DNA from: a virus | IMG/VR virus record: IMGVR_UViG_3300031541_000022 | Location: 1 to 41,154 of that record | Length of the DNA stretch: 41,154 nucleotides | Direction: 5' to 3' (one strand) | In this document: positions 26,183 to 35,478 of the stretch, in pieces | How positions within the stretch are numbered: position 1 is the stretch's first letter | Layout of the letters: the number at the start of each line of letters is the position of its first letter | Notes under the pieces: generated by a model | Told to the model about the DNA's origin: nothing | The model's input: only the letters and a program-made list of their open reading frames with translations | Databases searched by the model: none | Made by a program: the position numbers and the translations under genes

Positions 26183-28091
26183 CACAAATCCATTCCCATT
26201 CTATTTTCCCACTGTCCCATATTTTTAATGCGCCAAGCTCTTTAGTTGCTTGTGATTCAGTCATACCATTGTCAATTGCTTCGGCAAGATGCGGGAATTT
26301 CTTTTTAATATTTGATTTCATAAATTGTTGTTTATGAAATGCAAAACCATTTAAAACATAAAAATAATTTGGATTATGAGTTTTTATATAGTTAAAATTA
26401 TTTTTATTATACACATCGCCAGTAAACCATCGATTGTCTGAAAATGAAATAACCCTTTTAAATCCTATATCGCGCTGCGCATATTTGAATACTTTACTAA
26501 ACAACCCAGGAAAATTGGTGTTCGGGATAGTAACCCACCTTTTAAGTTCAAATCTTCGATTTTCTTTCGATCCTCTTGTCCATCCAAAAATCATCGCTCC
26601 AACCAACAAGTTATCATGATTGTATGCTGCATACGAATGAGTACCAGTAGCATGTCCTTGTAGGTGATGGGTATCAAATAAATTTTTGACATCTGACATG
26701 TTAACTTTTTTTATTGTACATTTTCGTGCACCATACGTGTTAGTTATTTTAGAAAATTTTGATTTTAATAAATTTTGAAATATCTCTTTTTTATTGTGCC
26801 AGTCAGCTTCTCCAATGGATATTAAGTGAATATTCGCATCGTTACATGCTTTCCATTTTTGATAATGATAATGTCGGTCTTTAAATATATCACTGTGCCA
26901 ATAGTCACCATTACATTCGATACCGAGATTCATCGATGGAATATAGAAATCAATTTCATATGGTTTGATACTTTGACGGTCATTTTTGATATATTTAATA
27001 TTATTTGAATCCAAAAAGACAGCCAATTGCAATTCAAAAGAACTGTGATCTTTAATAATATTAATTTTATCTTTACAGTTAAATGCAATGATTTTATTAT
27101 AAACAGTGCTAGTATTAACTCCTAACGATGATGCTATATCTAAAATCTTCTTATTATTACAATAAGAAACAAACTTATCCTTGTCTGTCAGAATAGGGAT
27201 ATTATTATGATTGATATGATGATATTGAATATTTTTTACACCATATTTTTCGACCATTGTATTGGATCTACGGTCTTTGGTTTCCTGTAAATTCATTTTG
27301 TTTTTGTGTTTGTTTTTAATGTTATTACAGTCCATAACATTTTTAACCCCATATTTTTCAATATTAGTTTTTTCAGCCTTAGCTCTATTAGAGTAAGTTT
27401 CATCATTATATTTTTGTTTTTTAGATTTTTTTGTCTTTGTAGAAATTAATTCTGAATTATGAAAAAAACCGTCATATTTGTCAATAAAGGTCTGTTTTGT
27501 TTTCTTTTTGATATCATCATTTTGGGATGGGTAGCTGCATCCATATTTCTTTAAATTTGTTTGAATGGCTTTTTCTTGATTAGTGTAAAACTCATTGTCA
27601 TATTTTTGTTTTTTTGTATTTCTTGATTTAGATTGTGACTCAACTGATCCGCCAGCATTCTCAACACCATATTTTTTTAAATTTGTTTCAGTAATTTTTT
27701 TACGAACTTCAGAATTTCCCCAAGGATTTTCAGAACCATATCTTTCTAAATTAGTTTTTTTTCTTTTTTCAGAACCCTTCTTAATAAAAGATTCATAATC
27801 GCCATATCTTGATAATATAGTGGATTTTGTCTTATTGATAGTATTTGGATCAGATGATGAACATTTTTTTGAACAAAACTTTCCATAATAAGATCTTTGC
27901 CATTTAGTATCGTTGTTACAATCAGGATGATTGCATTTAGGTATTGTGTGAATTTTGTGATATAAATGCCAGACAATTTGTCTGGCTGATGCAGTATCAA
28001 TAATATCTTGTGGTAATACTGATGTATCGATATCAGCAATTTCACTCATACGTATAGAACGTTTATGGTATAAATTATATAATAGCGTCAT
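26166..28091 (-). CDS. Hef-like free-standing endonuclease: KYG repeats, Vsr/PD-(D/E)XK domain, GNAT/Mom-like C-terminus
   Basis: Repeated TN..KYG; PYEIDFYIP..NLGIECNGDYWHS; very AT-rich; ATG at 28091 follows ATAAATA-N5. Confidence 0.8.
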   Translation of the reverse strand: MTLLYNLYHKRSIRMSEIADIDTSVLPQDIIDTASARQIVWHLYHKIHTIPKCNHPDCNNDTKWQRSYYGKFCSKKCSSSDPNTINKTKSTILSRYGDYESFIKKGSEKRKKTNLERYGSENPWGNSEVRKKITETNLKKYGVENAGGSVESQSKSRNTKKQKYDNEFYTNQEKAIQTNLKKYGCSYPSQNDDIKKKTKQTFIDKYDGFFHNSELISTKTKKSKKQKYNDETYSNRAKAEKTNIEKYGVKNVMDCNNIKNKHKNKMNLQETKDRRSNTMVEKYGVKNIQYHHINHNNIPILTDKDKFVSYCNNKKILDIASSLGVNTSTVYNKIIAFNCKDKINIIKDHSSFELQLAVFLDSNNIKYIKNDRQSIKPYEIDFYIPSMNLGIECNGDYWHSDIFKDRHYHYQKWKACNDANIHLISIGEADWHNKKEIFQNLLKSKFSKITNTYGARKCTIKKVNMSDVKNLFDTHHLQGHATGTHSYAAYNHDNLLVGAMIFGWTRGSKENRRFELKRWVTIPNTNFPGLFSKVFKYAQRDIGFKRVISFSDNRWFTGDVYNKNNFNYIKTHNPNYFYVLNGFAFHKQQFMKSNIKKKFPHLAEAIDNGMTESQATKELGALKIWDSGKIEWEWICDDNKS

Positions 28092-28102
28092 GTAGTTATT
28101 TA

Positions 28103-29461
28103 TTAAATATACAAGCGCCACCATCCTTCTCTGTATGTTCCTTCATAGCTGTCTTGCCAAACTTCGCCAGTCCATTCAAATTGCTTACTGCTAGCTAGGT
28201 TGGTAACATAGTCTGGTCCAGCATTTGCACTTGCATCAAAACTCACAACCCAAGCTGATCCGTTATATTGGATGATGTCATTGGCGTTTGCACTAACGGC
28301 GCCCCAAGGACCTGCAGGCTGATCAGAAATATCATCAAGTATAAGATACCTCTGTCCATTTGTTGCCGCTGGTAACTGTCCATCACCAGGATAGTTAACC
28401 TGTGGATTGATAATTGCATCCACGTTGCCTTGTGTGTCGCTTGCAAGTGTATCAGTATCAATTACAACATTCAATCTCTGTGGATTGTTAAGGTCATAAC
28501 TGATTGTACCAATTACATCGTTCTCAGGGTCTGTAACGTCATTGCCTTGTCGCAATCTTATCTGGCTGATGCCCTCACGTAGCTCGCCATATGCTGCAAA
28601 TACGTCGTCTTTCCAGCTTATTACACTGCCGTCACCACCTTGATCTTCTCCTCCACGTTCAAGCAATAGCGCACTGCCATTCTCGAATCTAATCCAATAG
28701 TCCTCAAGTGTAGTAACAACAAAACTTGAATCTGGTCCTGTCAGGGTATCAACAGTCCAGGTTTCAAACTCCTCTAAGTTTAGCGGATGAACTTGTGTAA
28801 GGATTGTTTGAATGATATTCATACGTTGCACACGAACAGGTGGGTTGATATAGATAGGCATCTGGAAAGTCAGTGTTGCGATATCAATAACAGTGTCCGC
28901 ACCGCTTGGCAGTGTTCTGCTTGACCAGCTGGTGTTGGTCAATTCACAATATGCTAGCGCAGTCCAATCTAATACATTTGTGTTCGTATGCAAGTTGACG
29001 CCTGGATTGAATAGTACGAGAATTTGTTCAAGCAACTGGAGTTTTTGATCCGTGTTACTGGTCCAGACGTCAACATTCATTGTGAGCATATAAGGCACAG
29101 GCTGGTAACGTGTTACGTCATAGCTCTGTCCAGGATCCTCAGTGTAGCGATGTTCTGATTCATCAAAAGCCTTCTCGATGACTTTGAGTGTTTCTTCAAA
29201 TTGCGGATAACGACGCAAGTCAGGATTCATATCAAGGCTGTTAATGTAACAACTGATAAACGGCACGGCGTTTAGTGTGTTCTCACTATTGTCCTTGAGA
29301 ATGTGGTTAACTTGTCTTGACGCGTCGCCGTAGCGAGCAGGCACTTTTTCATAGACAGGATTTCCTTGTTCATCCCATCCTTTTTGTACTGTGAAGTTAC
29401 CAAACATGCGAATGAATTGTAACAAATATCGGCGAATAGATTCATCATAGAAATATTGCAT
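28103..29461 (-). CDS. gp15: tail terminator / sheath stabiliser with C-terminal extension
   Basis: YFYDESIRRY, VP..YG, PVPY.L...VDVWT.N..QKLQLLEQILVLFNP. Confidence 0.88.
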   Translation of the reverse strand: MQYFYDESIRRYLLQFIRMFGNFTVQKGWDEQGNPVYEKVPARYGDASRQVNHILKDNSENTLNAVPFISCYINSLDMNPDLRRYPQFEETLKVIEKAFDESEHRYTEDPGQSYDVTRYQPVPYMLTMNVDVWTSNTDQKLQLLEQILVLFNPGVNLHTNTNVLDWTALAYCELTNTSWSSRTLPSGADTVIDIATLTFQMPIYINPPVRVQRMNIIQTILTQVHPLNLEEFETWTVDTLTGPDSSFVVTTLEDYWIRFENGSALLLERGGEDQGGDGSVISWKDDVFAAYGELREGISQIRLRQGNDVTDPENDVIGTISYDLNNPQRLNVVIDTDTLASDTQGNVDAIINPQVNYPGDGQLPAATNGQRYLILDDISDQPAGPWGAVSANANDIIQYNGSAWVVSFDASANAGPDYVTNLASSKQFEWTGEVWQDSYEGTYREGWWRLYI

Positions 29462-29483
29462 GTATTATCCAATCCTTTAAGAT

Positions 29484-29507
29484 TATTTATCAAATTTTTG
29501 ATAAATA
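29484..29507. promoter_or_regulatory. back-to-back late promoters forming an 11-bp inverted repeat
   Basis: TATTTATCAAA-tt-TTTGATAAATA; serves gp15 (-) and the endonuclease (+). Confidence 0.75.
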
Positions 29508-29512
29508 TTTTT

Positions 29513-30442
29513 ATGACTTACAAATGTGTGAAGGAGAGATTAATGTATGATGGGCCAGAACCTAAAAAAATAAATGAAAATTTTAATAATCATACTTATG
29601 ATCGCATTGTTTGTTTGATCAATGGAGAATATAAAAAATCAATGACAAATCGATATTTGCAAAAATTCGGTTATACTCGTGAAACATATCAAGAAAAATT
29701 TAAGAATGCACCACTCATTTCACATGCTTCACGAGATGCATATCGTAAATCATCATTGAGTGATGAAGGTAGGAAAATAAGATCAGATAATTTAACGAAA
29801 CTTAATTCAGATAAAAAATTTCAATCAAAAAGAAAAAAAGGAGTAACAACATTCTGGAAATCTGAATCAAGTAATGTAAGACGAAAAAATCAGTCAATCA
29901 GAGCAAAAGAACAGCATAAAAATGGACAAGCAAAATATATACAAAATTATTTTAATACAAAATTCAAAGGTTCTTCAGATCAAATAGCAAGATCAAAGCG
30001 TATGACCGAAAATAATCCTGGAAGCGATCCAGATATTCGAAAAAAAATGATTGCTACTTATTTAAAAAATTCTAAAAACGGTGTTCATTATAAAGAAACC
30101 AGAATCAAAAAGAAAAAGTTTAAATCAACAGATTTGATATTCCAGTCTACTTATGAGTATGATTTTTTAGAATTATGTGAAAAACATGGTTGGTTAAGTA
30201 GGGTTTCTAATGCACCATGTTTGACACATAATTTATACCCATATAATTTTTATGAACCAGATTATTTAATTGATAATAAATTATGTATTGAGATAAAATC
30301 GTGGTATATAGAAAAATTACAAGAATCTAAATATCCTGGAATAAAGCAATTAAAAACTTGGTTAGTTGAAAAATATAAATTTCAAATGGTTTACATCTTA
30401 GATAAGGATTATAGTGAATTTATTAGTATTATGCAGTCATAA
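29513..30442 (+). CDS. free-standing PD-(D/E)XK homing endonuclease-like protein
   Basis: C-terminal FQSTYE..F...YEPDYLID....IEIKS; Lys-rich linker; very AT-rich; opposite strand to flanking genes. Confidence 0.75.
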   Translation: MTYKCVKERLMYDGPEPKKINENFNNHTYDRIVCLINGEYKKSMTNRYLQKFGYTRETYQEKFKNAPLISHASRDAYRKSSLSDEGRKIRSDNLTKLNSDKKFQSKRKKGVTTFWKSESSNVRRKNQSIRAKEQHKNGQAKYIQNYFNTKFKGSSDQIARSKRMTENNPGSDPDIRKKMIATYLKNSKNGVHYKETRIKKKKFKSTDLIFQSTYEYDFLELCEKHGWLSRVSNAPCLTHNLYPYNFYEPDYLIDNKLCIEIKSWYIEKLQESKYPGIKQLKTWLVEKYKFQMVYILDKDYSEFISIMQS

Positions 30443-30464
30443 AAATATTGCAAATTGATATTCC

Positions 30465-31520
30465 TTATTCTTCTAGGCCTGTATCACCATCATAGTCTGG
30501 GCGTGGTAGAATTGCATCAGTAATTGACTGACGGCTGTCATATTCACCAGTTGAATTAACATCAGTAGCTTGATCATTAATAAATGTGCTGCCATTGAAT
30601 GTTCTGTCGCTCCAAGTGTCCTGTGCAATTTCGTCATATCGTCTAACCCAACGGCTTTCATGGTATTGAAAAAGACGGTTGGGTTGAAAGTCGCTACGAA
30701 TGAAAAAATCTCCTTGGTTTGGATTGCTTGGAAACGCATTGCCAATTGCTACATTACTACCTGTAAAGAATGGATCTTCTGTATCTTCAATATAATTATA
30801 CAAATGCGAGGTTAGTTGTGTCGGGCCACCCAATGGGTCTTCCTGGAATGCGCTTTCAACAACAGAATCACGAATATCGATTTCAGCTGCATATGTACTA
30901 ATAATATTACCCAGGCTACCCTTTTCTTCACTGCTACCTAAGATATCATCAAATTCCTGGCTGTCTGTGATTGGTTCTAATTTACAACGCCAAATATGAG
31001 GCCACCATGTTGAACTAAACCCCTCCCCACCACGATTACCATCGCTCACGGTGTAAAACTTGGGTATTGGCGGTGTATCTGCATCTAAACCATATTCTTC
31101 AATCAAATGTGGTAATTCAATTACATCTCCACTCATTAATTTGCGCCCTAGTATTTCTGTCATTTCATTAAGGTGAAATGTCATGTATAATGTATCATTA
31201 GTTAGAAACAGGCCGAATTGGGTCAAGTCGAAATCATTATCACTTACATTATAAATGCCCCGTAATTCATATAGATCTTTGTCGTATTTGCGATCTCTGT
31301 TTTCAAGTAGCAGTAAATCTTGAATAGTTGTCTCATTGATTACATCATCGTTTTGATAATCTGGACGAGAAGGATCCACCAAGTTTGGATTTTCTTCTGG
31401 TCCTAAATATTTGTGCACAATAGCACCAGTACCACCAACATGGAATTGTTCGCGAATTATTCTATCATGAAATTTGTAATCATTGGTCTTCTTAGGAGAC
31501 CACATTGATAATCTTGACAT
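30465..31520 (-). CDS. gp14: neck / head completion protein
   Basis: DLTQFGLFLTNDTLYMTFH, GDVIELPHL; gp13-gp14-gp15 neighbourhood. Confidence 0.8.
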   Translation of the reverse strand: MSRLSMWSPKKTNDYKFHDRIIREQFHVGGTGAIVHKYLGPEENPNLVDPSRPDYQNDDVINETTIQDLLLLENRDRKYDKDLYELRGIYNVSDNDFDLTQFGLFLTNDTLYMTFHLNEMTEILGRKLMSGDVIELPHLIEEYGLDADTPPIPKFYTVSDGNRGGEGFSSTWWPHIWRCKLEPITDSQEFDDILGSSEEKGSLGNIISTYAAEIDIRDSVVESAFQEDPLGGPTQLTSHLYNYIEDTEDPFFTGSNVAIGNAFPSNPNQGDFFIRSDFQPNRLFQYHESRWVRRYDEIAQDTWSDRTFNGSTFINDQATDVNSTGEYDSRQSITDAILPRPDYDGDTGLEE

Positions 31521-31549
31521 TTTTGATCTTTCATATTATAAGTATATTT

Positions 31550-32971
31550 ATGGATATTTCTGACAGATTAAAGCAATTTCATACTAGCAAGACAGGTGCT
31601 GTGAAATTTAAAACATTGCCTGAAGAATATCATGCAGATATTATTGCTGCTACATCAGAATACAAATCTTATCATGATGGTCATATAAAAATACGAGCTT
31701 GGATTCTTGTCAATGATAAGGATATTCCGAAATGTGAAAAATGTAATAAAACATTTTATCCAAAATCACAATGGGAATGGAAGCGTGAAGTTAGGTTTTG
31801 TAGCAAAAAATGTGCTAATTCATCAGATGCAACCCGTACAAAATTTAAACAAACTATGCTTGAACGTTATGGTGTAGATAATCCAAGAAAAAGTCCAGAA
31901 ATTATTAAGACCGCTAGAAAACGCAATTTATGTGAATATGGTGTAATGAACACCAGGTTACCAAATGAAGTAACTAAGATTCTAGAATCTAAAGATTTAT
32001 TAGATGAACAGCTTGGAATATATTCGGTTCCACAATTAGCTGAGAAGCTGAATGTTGATATGACTACAATTTACAAATATGCAAATCAATATGATATTGT
32101 TCCATATAGATTTGATGGATTTGAACAGAATGTTATCAACATTTTAAAAGATATGAATGTTAGTTATACAAGAAATTCTAGAAAAATTATTAAACCATTG
32201 GAAATTGATATATTTCTGCCAGAACATAATATTGCAATCGAATGCAACGGCGATTATTGGCATTCACATGAAAAATTACAAGACAAATTATATCATTATA
32301 CCAAATGGAAAATGTGTAATGATCGCGGTATTCATTTGATTCAAATATTTGAAAGTGATTGGAATAAACATCAAGATAAATTTGAAGCAATGATCTTAAG
32401 TCTTATTGGATTGAAAGATGATGGAACTCCTGCTAGAAAATGTTTGATAACTCGAATTGATGCTAAAATTGCTAGGCCTTTTGTTGATGAATATCATCTG
32501 CAAAATTTTGTTGGCGGAACACATTTCGGAGCGTTCGATAATGAAAACAAGTTAGTTGGTGTGATGACCTTTGGATATACACGTGGGTCAAAAGAATCAC
32601 GTCGATTTGAACTTAAACGCTGGGTAACAGATAATAAGACACATCCTGGATTATTCAGTAAAACGTTTAAGTTTGCACAACAAGAAATGAATTTTCACGA
32701 AGTTGTGTCATTTTCAATGAATGATTGGTTTACAGGTGACGTTTATGAAAAATGTGGATTCTCAAAAGGTCGCGTTCTAATGCCAGGATACTCATATTTA
32801 TTTAAAAATCAAAGAACACATCTTTCAAATTTCACAAAAGCAAATATTAAAAAGAAATTTCCTGACATATTTAATGAATCATTGACAGAGAGGGAAATGA
32901 TGGAAAAGTTAGGAATACCTAAAATTTATGATTCAGGAAAAATTGAATGGATTTGGTCTATTCATAAATGA
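31550..32971 (+). CDS. Hef-like free-standing endonuclease, paralog of 26166-28091
   Basis: FCSKKC, ERYGV, PLEIDIFLPE.NIAIECNGDYWHS, FGYTRGSKESRRFELKRWVT; AT-rich. Confidence 0.8.
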   Translation: MDISDRLKQFHTSKTGAVKFKTLPEEYHADIIAATSEYKSYHDGHIKIRAWILVNDKDIPKCEKCNKTFYPKSQWEWKREVRFCSKKCANSSDATRTKFKQTMLERYGVDNPRKSPEIIKTARKRNLCEYGVMNTRLPNEVTKILESKDLLDEQLGIYSVPQLAEKLNVDMTTIYKYANQYDIVPYRFDGFEQNVINILKDMNVSYTRNSRKIIKPLEIDIFLPEHNIAIECNGDYWHSHEKLQDKLYHYTKWKMCNDRGIHLIQIFESDWNKHQDKFEAMILSLIGLKDDGTPARKCLITRIDAKIARPFVDEYHLQNFVGGTHFGAFDNENKLVGVMTFGYTRGSKESRRFELKRWVTDNKTHPGLFSKTFKFAQQEMNFHEVVSFSMNDWFTGDVYEKCGFSKGRVLMPGYSYLFKNQRTHLSNFTKANIKKKFPDIFNESLTEREMMEKLGIPKIYDSGKIEWIWSIHK

Positions 32972-33041
32972 AATCTTTTACTATATGTAATGTCAATTTC
33001 ATTTATTAGCACTACATCTTCTTTGATATATTCCTTTCCAG

Positions 33042-33064
33042 TATTTATAGCGTGACGATAAATA
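33042..33064. promoter_or_regulatory. back-to-back late promoters
   Basis: ATAAATA (-) at 33042-33048 and ATAAATA (+) at 33058-33064. Confidence 0.7.
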
Positions 33065-33084
33065 CCAATAGTAGGAGTAATACC

Positions 33085-33819
33085 ATGAGTCGCAGTAAAA
33101 TCTCAAAAGAAATAGAGCTAAGGTTAGGTGGTCAAATGGTTGACGTTGAACTTGACCCTGAGCACTATGAGTTGGCAATTGACAAGGCATTAGAAAAATT
33201 TAGACAACGAAGTGAGAATGCAGTAGAGGAAAATTTCCACTACTTTGAAATTCAGCCAGAAGTTGATGTGTATCCATTTCCAGACAATGTGATTGAAGTA
33301 CGAGACCTTTACGGTAACGTGTCAGGCACAAACACTGGTGTTGATTTTGAACCGTTTGAAGCAAACTACTGGAACACCTTTCTATTGGGTTACAATGGTG
33401 GACAATCAGGTGGTATGGCAACATATGACTTCCTAGCGCAGTACCATGAAACACTAGGACGACTAACGGGCTCAGAATATACCTACACTTGGTACCGCAA
33501 CACACATACTCTACGTATTCACCGCCGCCCACGCTATGAGCGCCCAATTTATGCTCACGTATACCAGTATCGTACTGAGGATGATCTATTTGGTGATTAC
33601 ATGGTAATGCCTTGGCTTAAGGATTATGCACTAGCACAAAGTAAATTAATGCTAGGCGAAGCACGAGGCAAGTTTGCGACATTGGCTGGTCCGCAGGGAG
33701 GCACCACACTTAACGGTGAACAGCTCAAAGCTGATGCACTTAACGAACTAGCACAGTTGGAAGAGGACATCAAGCTTTACAAAGAAGGCAGCGTTGGGCT
33801 AGGTATTATCATCGGTTAA
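33085..33819 (+). CDS. gp13: neck protein
   Basis: LRLGGQMVDVEL, WLKDYALA..K.MLGEARGKF...GPQGGTTLNG; AGGAG RBS. Confidence 0.92.
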   Translation: MSRSKISKEIELRLGGQMVDVELDPEHYELAIDKALEKFRQRSENAVEENFHYFEIQPEVDVYPFPDNVIEVRDLYGNVSGTNTGVDFEPFEANYWNTFLLGYNGGQSGGMATYDFLAQYHETLGRLTGSEYTYTWYRNTHTLRIHRRPRYERPIYAHVYQYRTEDDLFGDYMVMPWLKDYALAQSKLMLGEARGKFATLAGPQGGTTLNGEQLKADALNELAQLEEDIKLYKEGSVGLGIIIG

Positions 33820-33824
33820 ACTAC

Positions 33825-34070
33825 ATGACAAAACCCAATACAAAATTTGAGCTCGATGTCAATGACATCGAACAGATCGAGTCAGCTTTGCGCGGACAAC
33901 TTGCTTCATCTACGCCTGAAGAATCATATCGTATTAACTCATTATTGGGTAAGATACATCATCAAAAGATCTGGTACCGTCCCAAGAAAAAAATTACATT
34001 TCTGGTTGACAAACCAAGGCACTTTGCTTATATTATAAGAGTAAGCAAAGGAGATACCCAATGGAACTGA
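33825..34070 (+). CDS. hypothetical protein
   Basis: 81-aa ORF directly after gp13; its 3' end overlaps a promoter. Confidence 0.55.
   Translation: MTKPNTKFELDVNDIEQIESALRGQLASSTPEESYRINSLLGKIHHQKIWYRPKKKITFLVDKPRHFAYIIRVSKGDTQWN
34006..34034 (+). promoter_or_regulatory. sigma70-type early promoter
   Basis: TTGACA-N17-TATATT; AAGGAG RBS before ATG at 34061. Confidence 0.8.
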
Positions 34071-34432
34071 CATACGAGAACGCAGTTGACTTCCTGATTG
34101 AAGCAATTAAAGCCGACTACCTGGACTATACGCTCCGCAGCGGCGGAATTGCTGGTTGTGAAGTTGACTTTGAAGGTCTCAGCGCAGTTAACCACCGCAT
34201 GATCGAAGATTTTAACTCCAGCTTCACCGTCAAGCACGGTCGGAAGTACACCAAAATCATCAAAGATGGCGGTGTTTGGGGGTTTGTTGTCGCCACTGAC
34301 GACGACGTTAAGTTTCCCAAGGGCACAATCCTTATGGCCGCTGGTTGGGCTGCACCTGCCCGCAACCACAGCCGTGGTAACATTCTCACTGGCAACTACC
34401 AGATCCAGTGGACTGGCCCACTTTATATGTAA
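34061..34432 (+). CDS. conserved early phage protein of unknown function
   Basis: GRKY.KI, V.GFV, G.IL.AAGW.APA.N..RGNI pattern recognised from small proteins of large phages. Confidence 0.75.
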   Translation: MELTYENAVDFLIEAIKADYLDYTLRSGGIAGCEVDFEGLSAVNHRMIEDFNSSFTVKHGRKYTKIIKDGGVWGFVVATDDDVKFPKGTILMAAGWAAPARNHSRGNILTGNYQIQWTGPLYM

Positions 34433-34441
34433 GGGATGAAC

Positions 34442-34597
34442 ATGGAAAAGGAACAGATGCTCGCCCTACTTGAAGAGCAAAAGAACGGATACATTTCCCG
34501 TGAAGGCTATCGTGAATACTTGTGCCTCCTGGCGCTTGTTGAAGACGGCGTAATTAGGTCGTTCAAGGAGCTCGCCGAATGCGGTGTGGAGAAGTAA
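34442..34597 (+). CDS. hypothetical protein (51 aa)
   Basis: Hand translation MEKEQMLALLEEQKNGY...ECGVEK; AAGGGA RBS; TAATG coupling to the next gene. Confidence 0.6.
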   Translation: MEKEQMLALLEEQKNGYISREGYREYLCLLALVEDGVIRSFKELAECGVEK

Positions 34598-34839
34598 TGA
34601 CAACCATCCCTTGCAATCTTAGCCAATTTAATAAAGCATGTTCTAAGTTCATGCGTGAGATTGGCAACAAGAATAACACCCAGGAAAGCATTTCGGGGCT
34701 TTACAAGGGTCTCACTTTGCATTATCTTGGTCTACAAGATCTTACTGACGATGAAGTCGAAACGGCCGCGATAATCTTCAAAGTGATGACCGACAATGCC
34801 CTCGCGCGTGGTTGGTCCCTTGATGAACATATGGTATGA
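34597..34839 (+). CDS. hypothetical protein
   Basis: TAATG start with GGAG RBS. Confidence 0.6.
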   Translation: MTTIPCNLSQFNKACSKFMREIGNKNNTQESISGLYKGLTLHYLGLQDLTDDEVETAAIIFKVMTDNALARGWSLDEHMV

Positions 34840-34853
34840 AAGCGAAATGATAC

Positions 34854-35066
34854 ATGAAACTATATAGCTGGAAAGACTACAACACCTATCCTTATGCAGG
34901 AGGTATGGTAACGGTAGTTGCTAACAGTGAAGAGGAAGCGAGTGAAGTCGCTGAGGCGATGGTCAAACAGGCAGTCTATAGAGGTTCTGGCTATGATTTG
35001 AGCAGCGACCCACTAGTCCAGGAAATTGCACCTGGAAACGGATTTGCGTATTATTGGGAAGAATAA
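34854..35066 (+). CDS. hypothetical protein
   Basis: 70-aa ORF with a VVANSEEEA motif common in small phage proteins. Confidence 0.65.
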   Translation: MKLYSWKDYNTYPYAGGMVTVVANSEEEASEVAEAMVKQAVYRGSGYDLSSDPLVQEIAPGNGFAYYWEE

Positions 35067-35231
35067 ATGCCACGCCGTAAGCAAAATAAGATCGCCAAGC
35101 TACGGAACCCTGTGGCTTCGACCTTAAGGGATCCTGCGAGTGGCTTCACGCAACGCACAATACCAGACAAGCGCCGTCCCAAGCTGGACCGCAAGCGCAA
35201 GCACAAAGGAGGGGATCATGATCAGTTATGA
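35067..35231 (+). CDS. small basic protein, ArfA-like (54 aa)
   Basis: Hand translation MPRRKQNKIAKLRNPVASTLRDPASGFTQRTIPDKRRPKLDRKRKHKGGDHDQL; fills the gap exactly. Confidence 0.6.
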   Translation: MPRRKQNKIAKLRNPVASTLRDPASGFTQRTIPDKRRPKLDRKRKHKGGDHDQL

Positions 35232-35478
35232 TGACCCACGTTCTGAACGTGTGAAAAAATTAATCAAAAAACTGTTTGATGAAGCAAGTGAAGTTGACAA
35301 GCGGACACCTAATGTCTATGCAGGCGCCATGCGTGATGGTTTTGTCAAGTATTTTCTTCTAGCATTGTATCAGAGTTTGGATGAAGATAGTATGTTCGTG
35401 GATCACTTCCCGAACTCCCTGCAAAATCTGATCAATGAAATTGGTGAAACTGAAGTGATAAAGAAGTTGGAATCATGA
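35218..35478 (+). CDS. hypothetical protein
   Basis: ATG at 35218 after AGGAGG. Confidence 0.65.
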   Translation: MISYDDPRSERVKKLIKKLFDEASEVDKRTPNVYAGAMRDGFVKYFLLALYQSLDEDSMFVDHFPNSLQNLINEIGETEVIKKLES

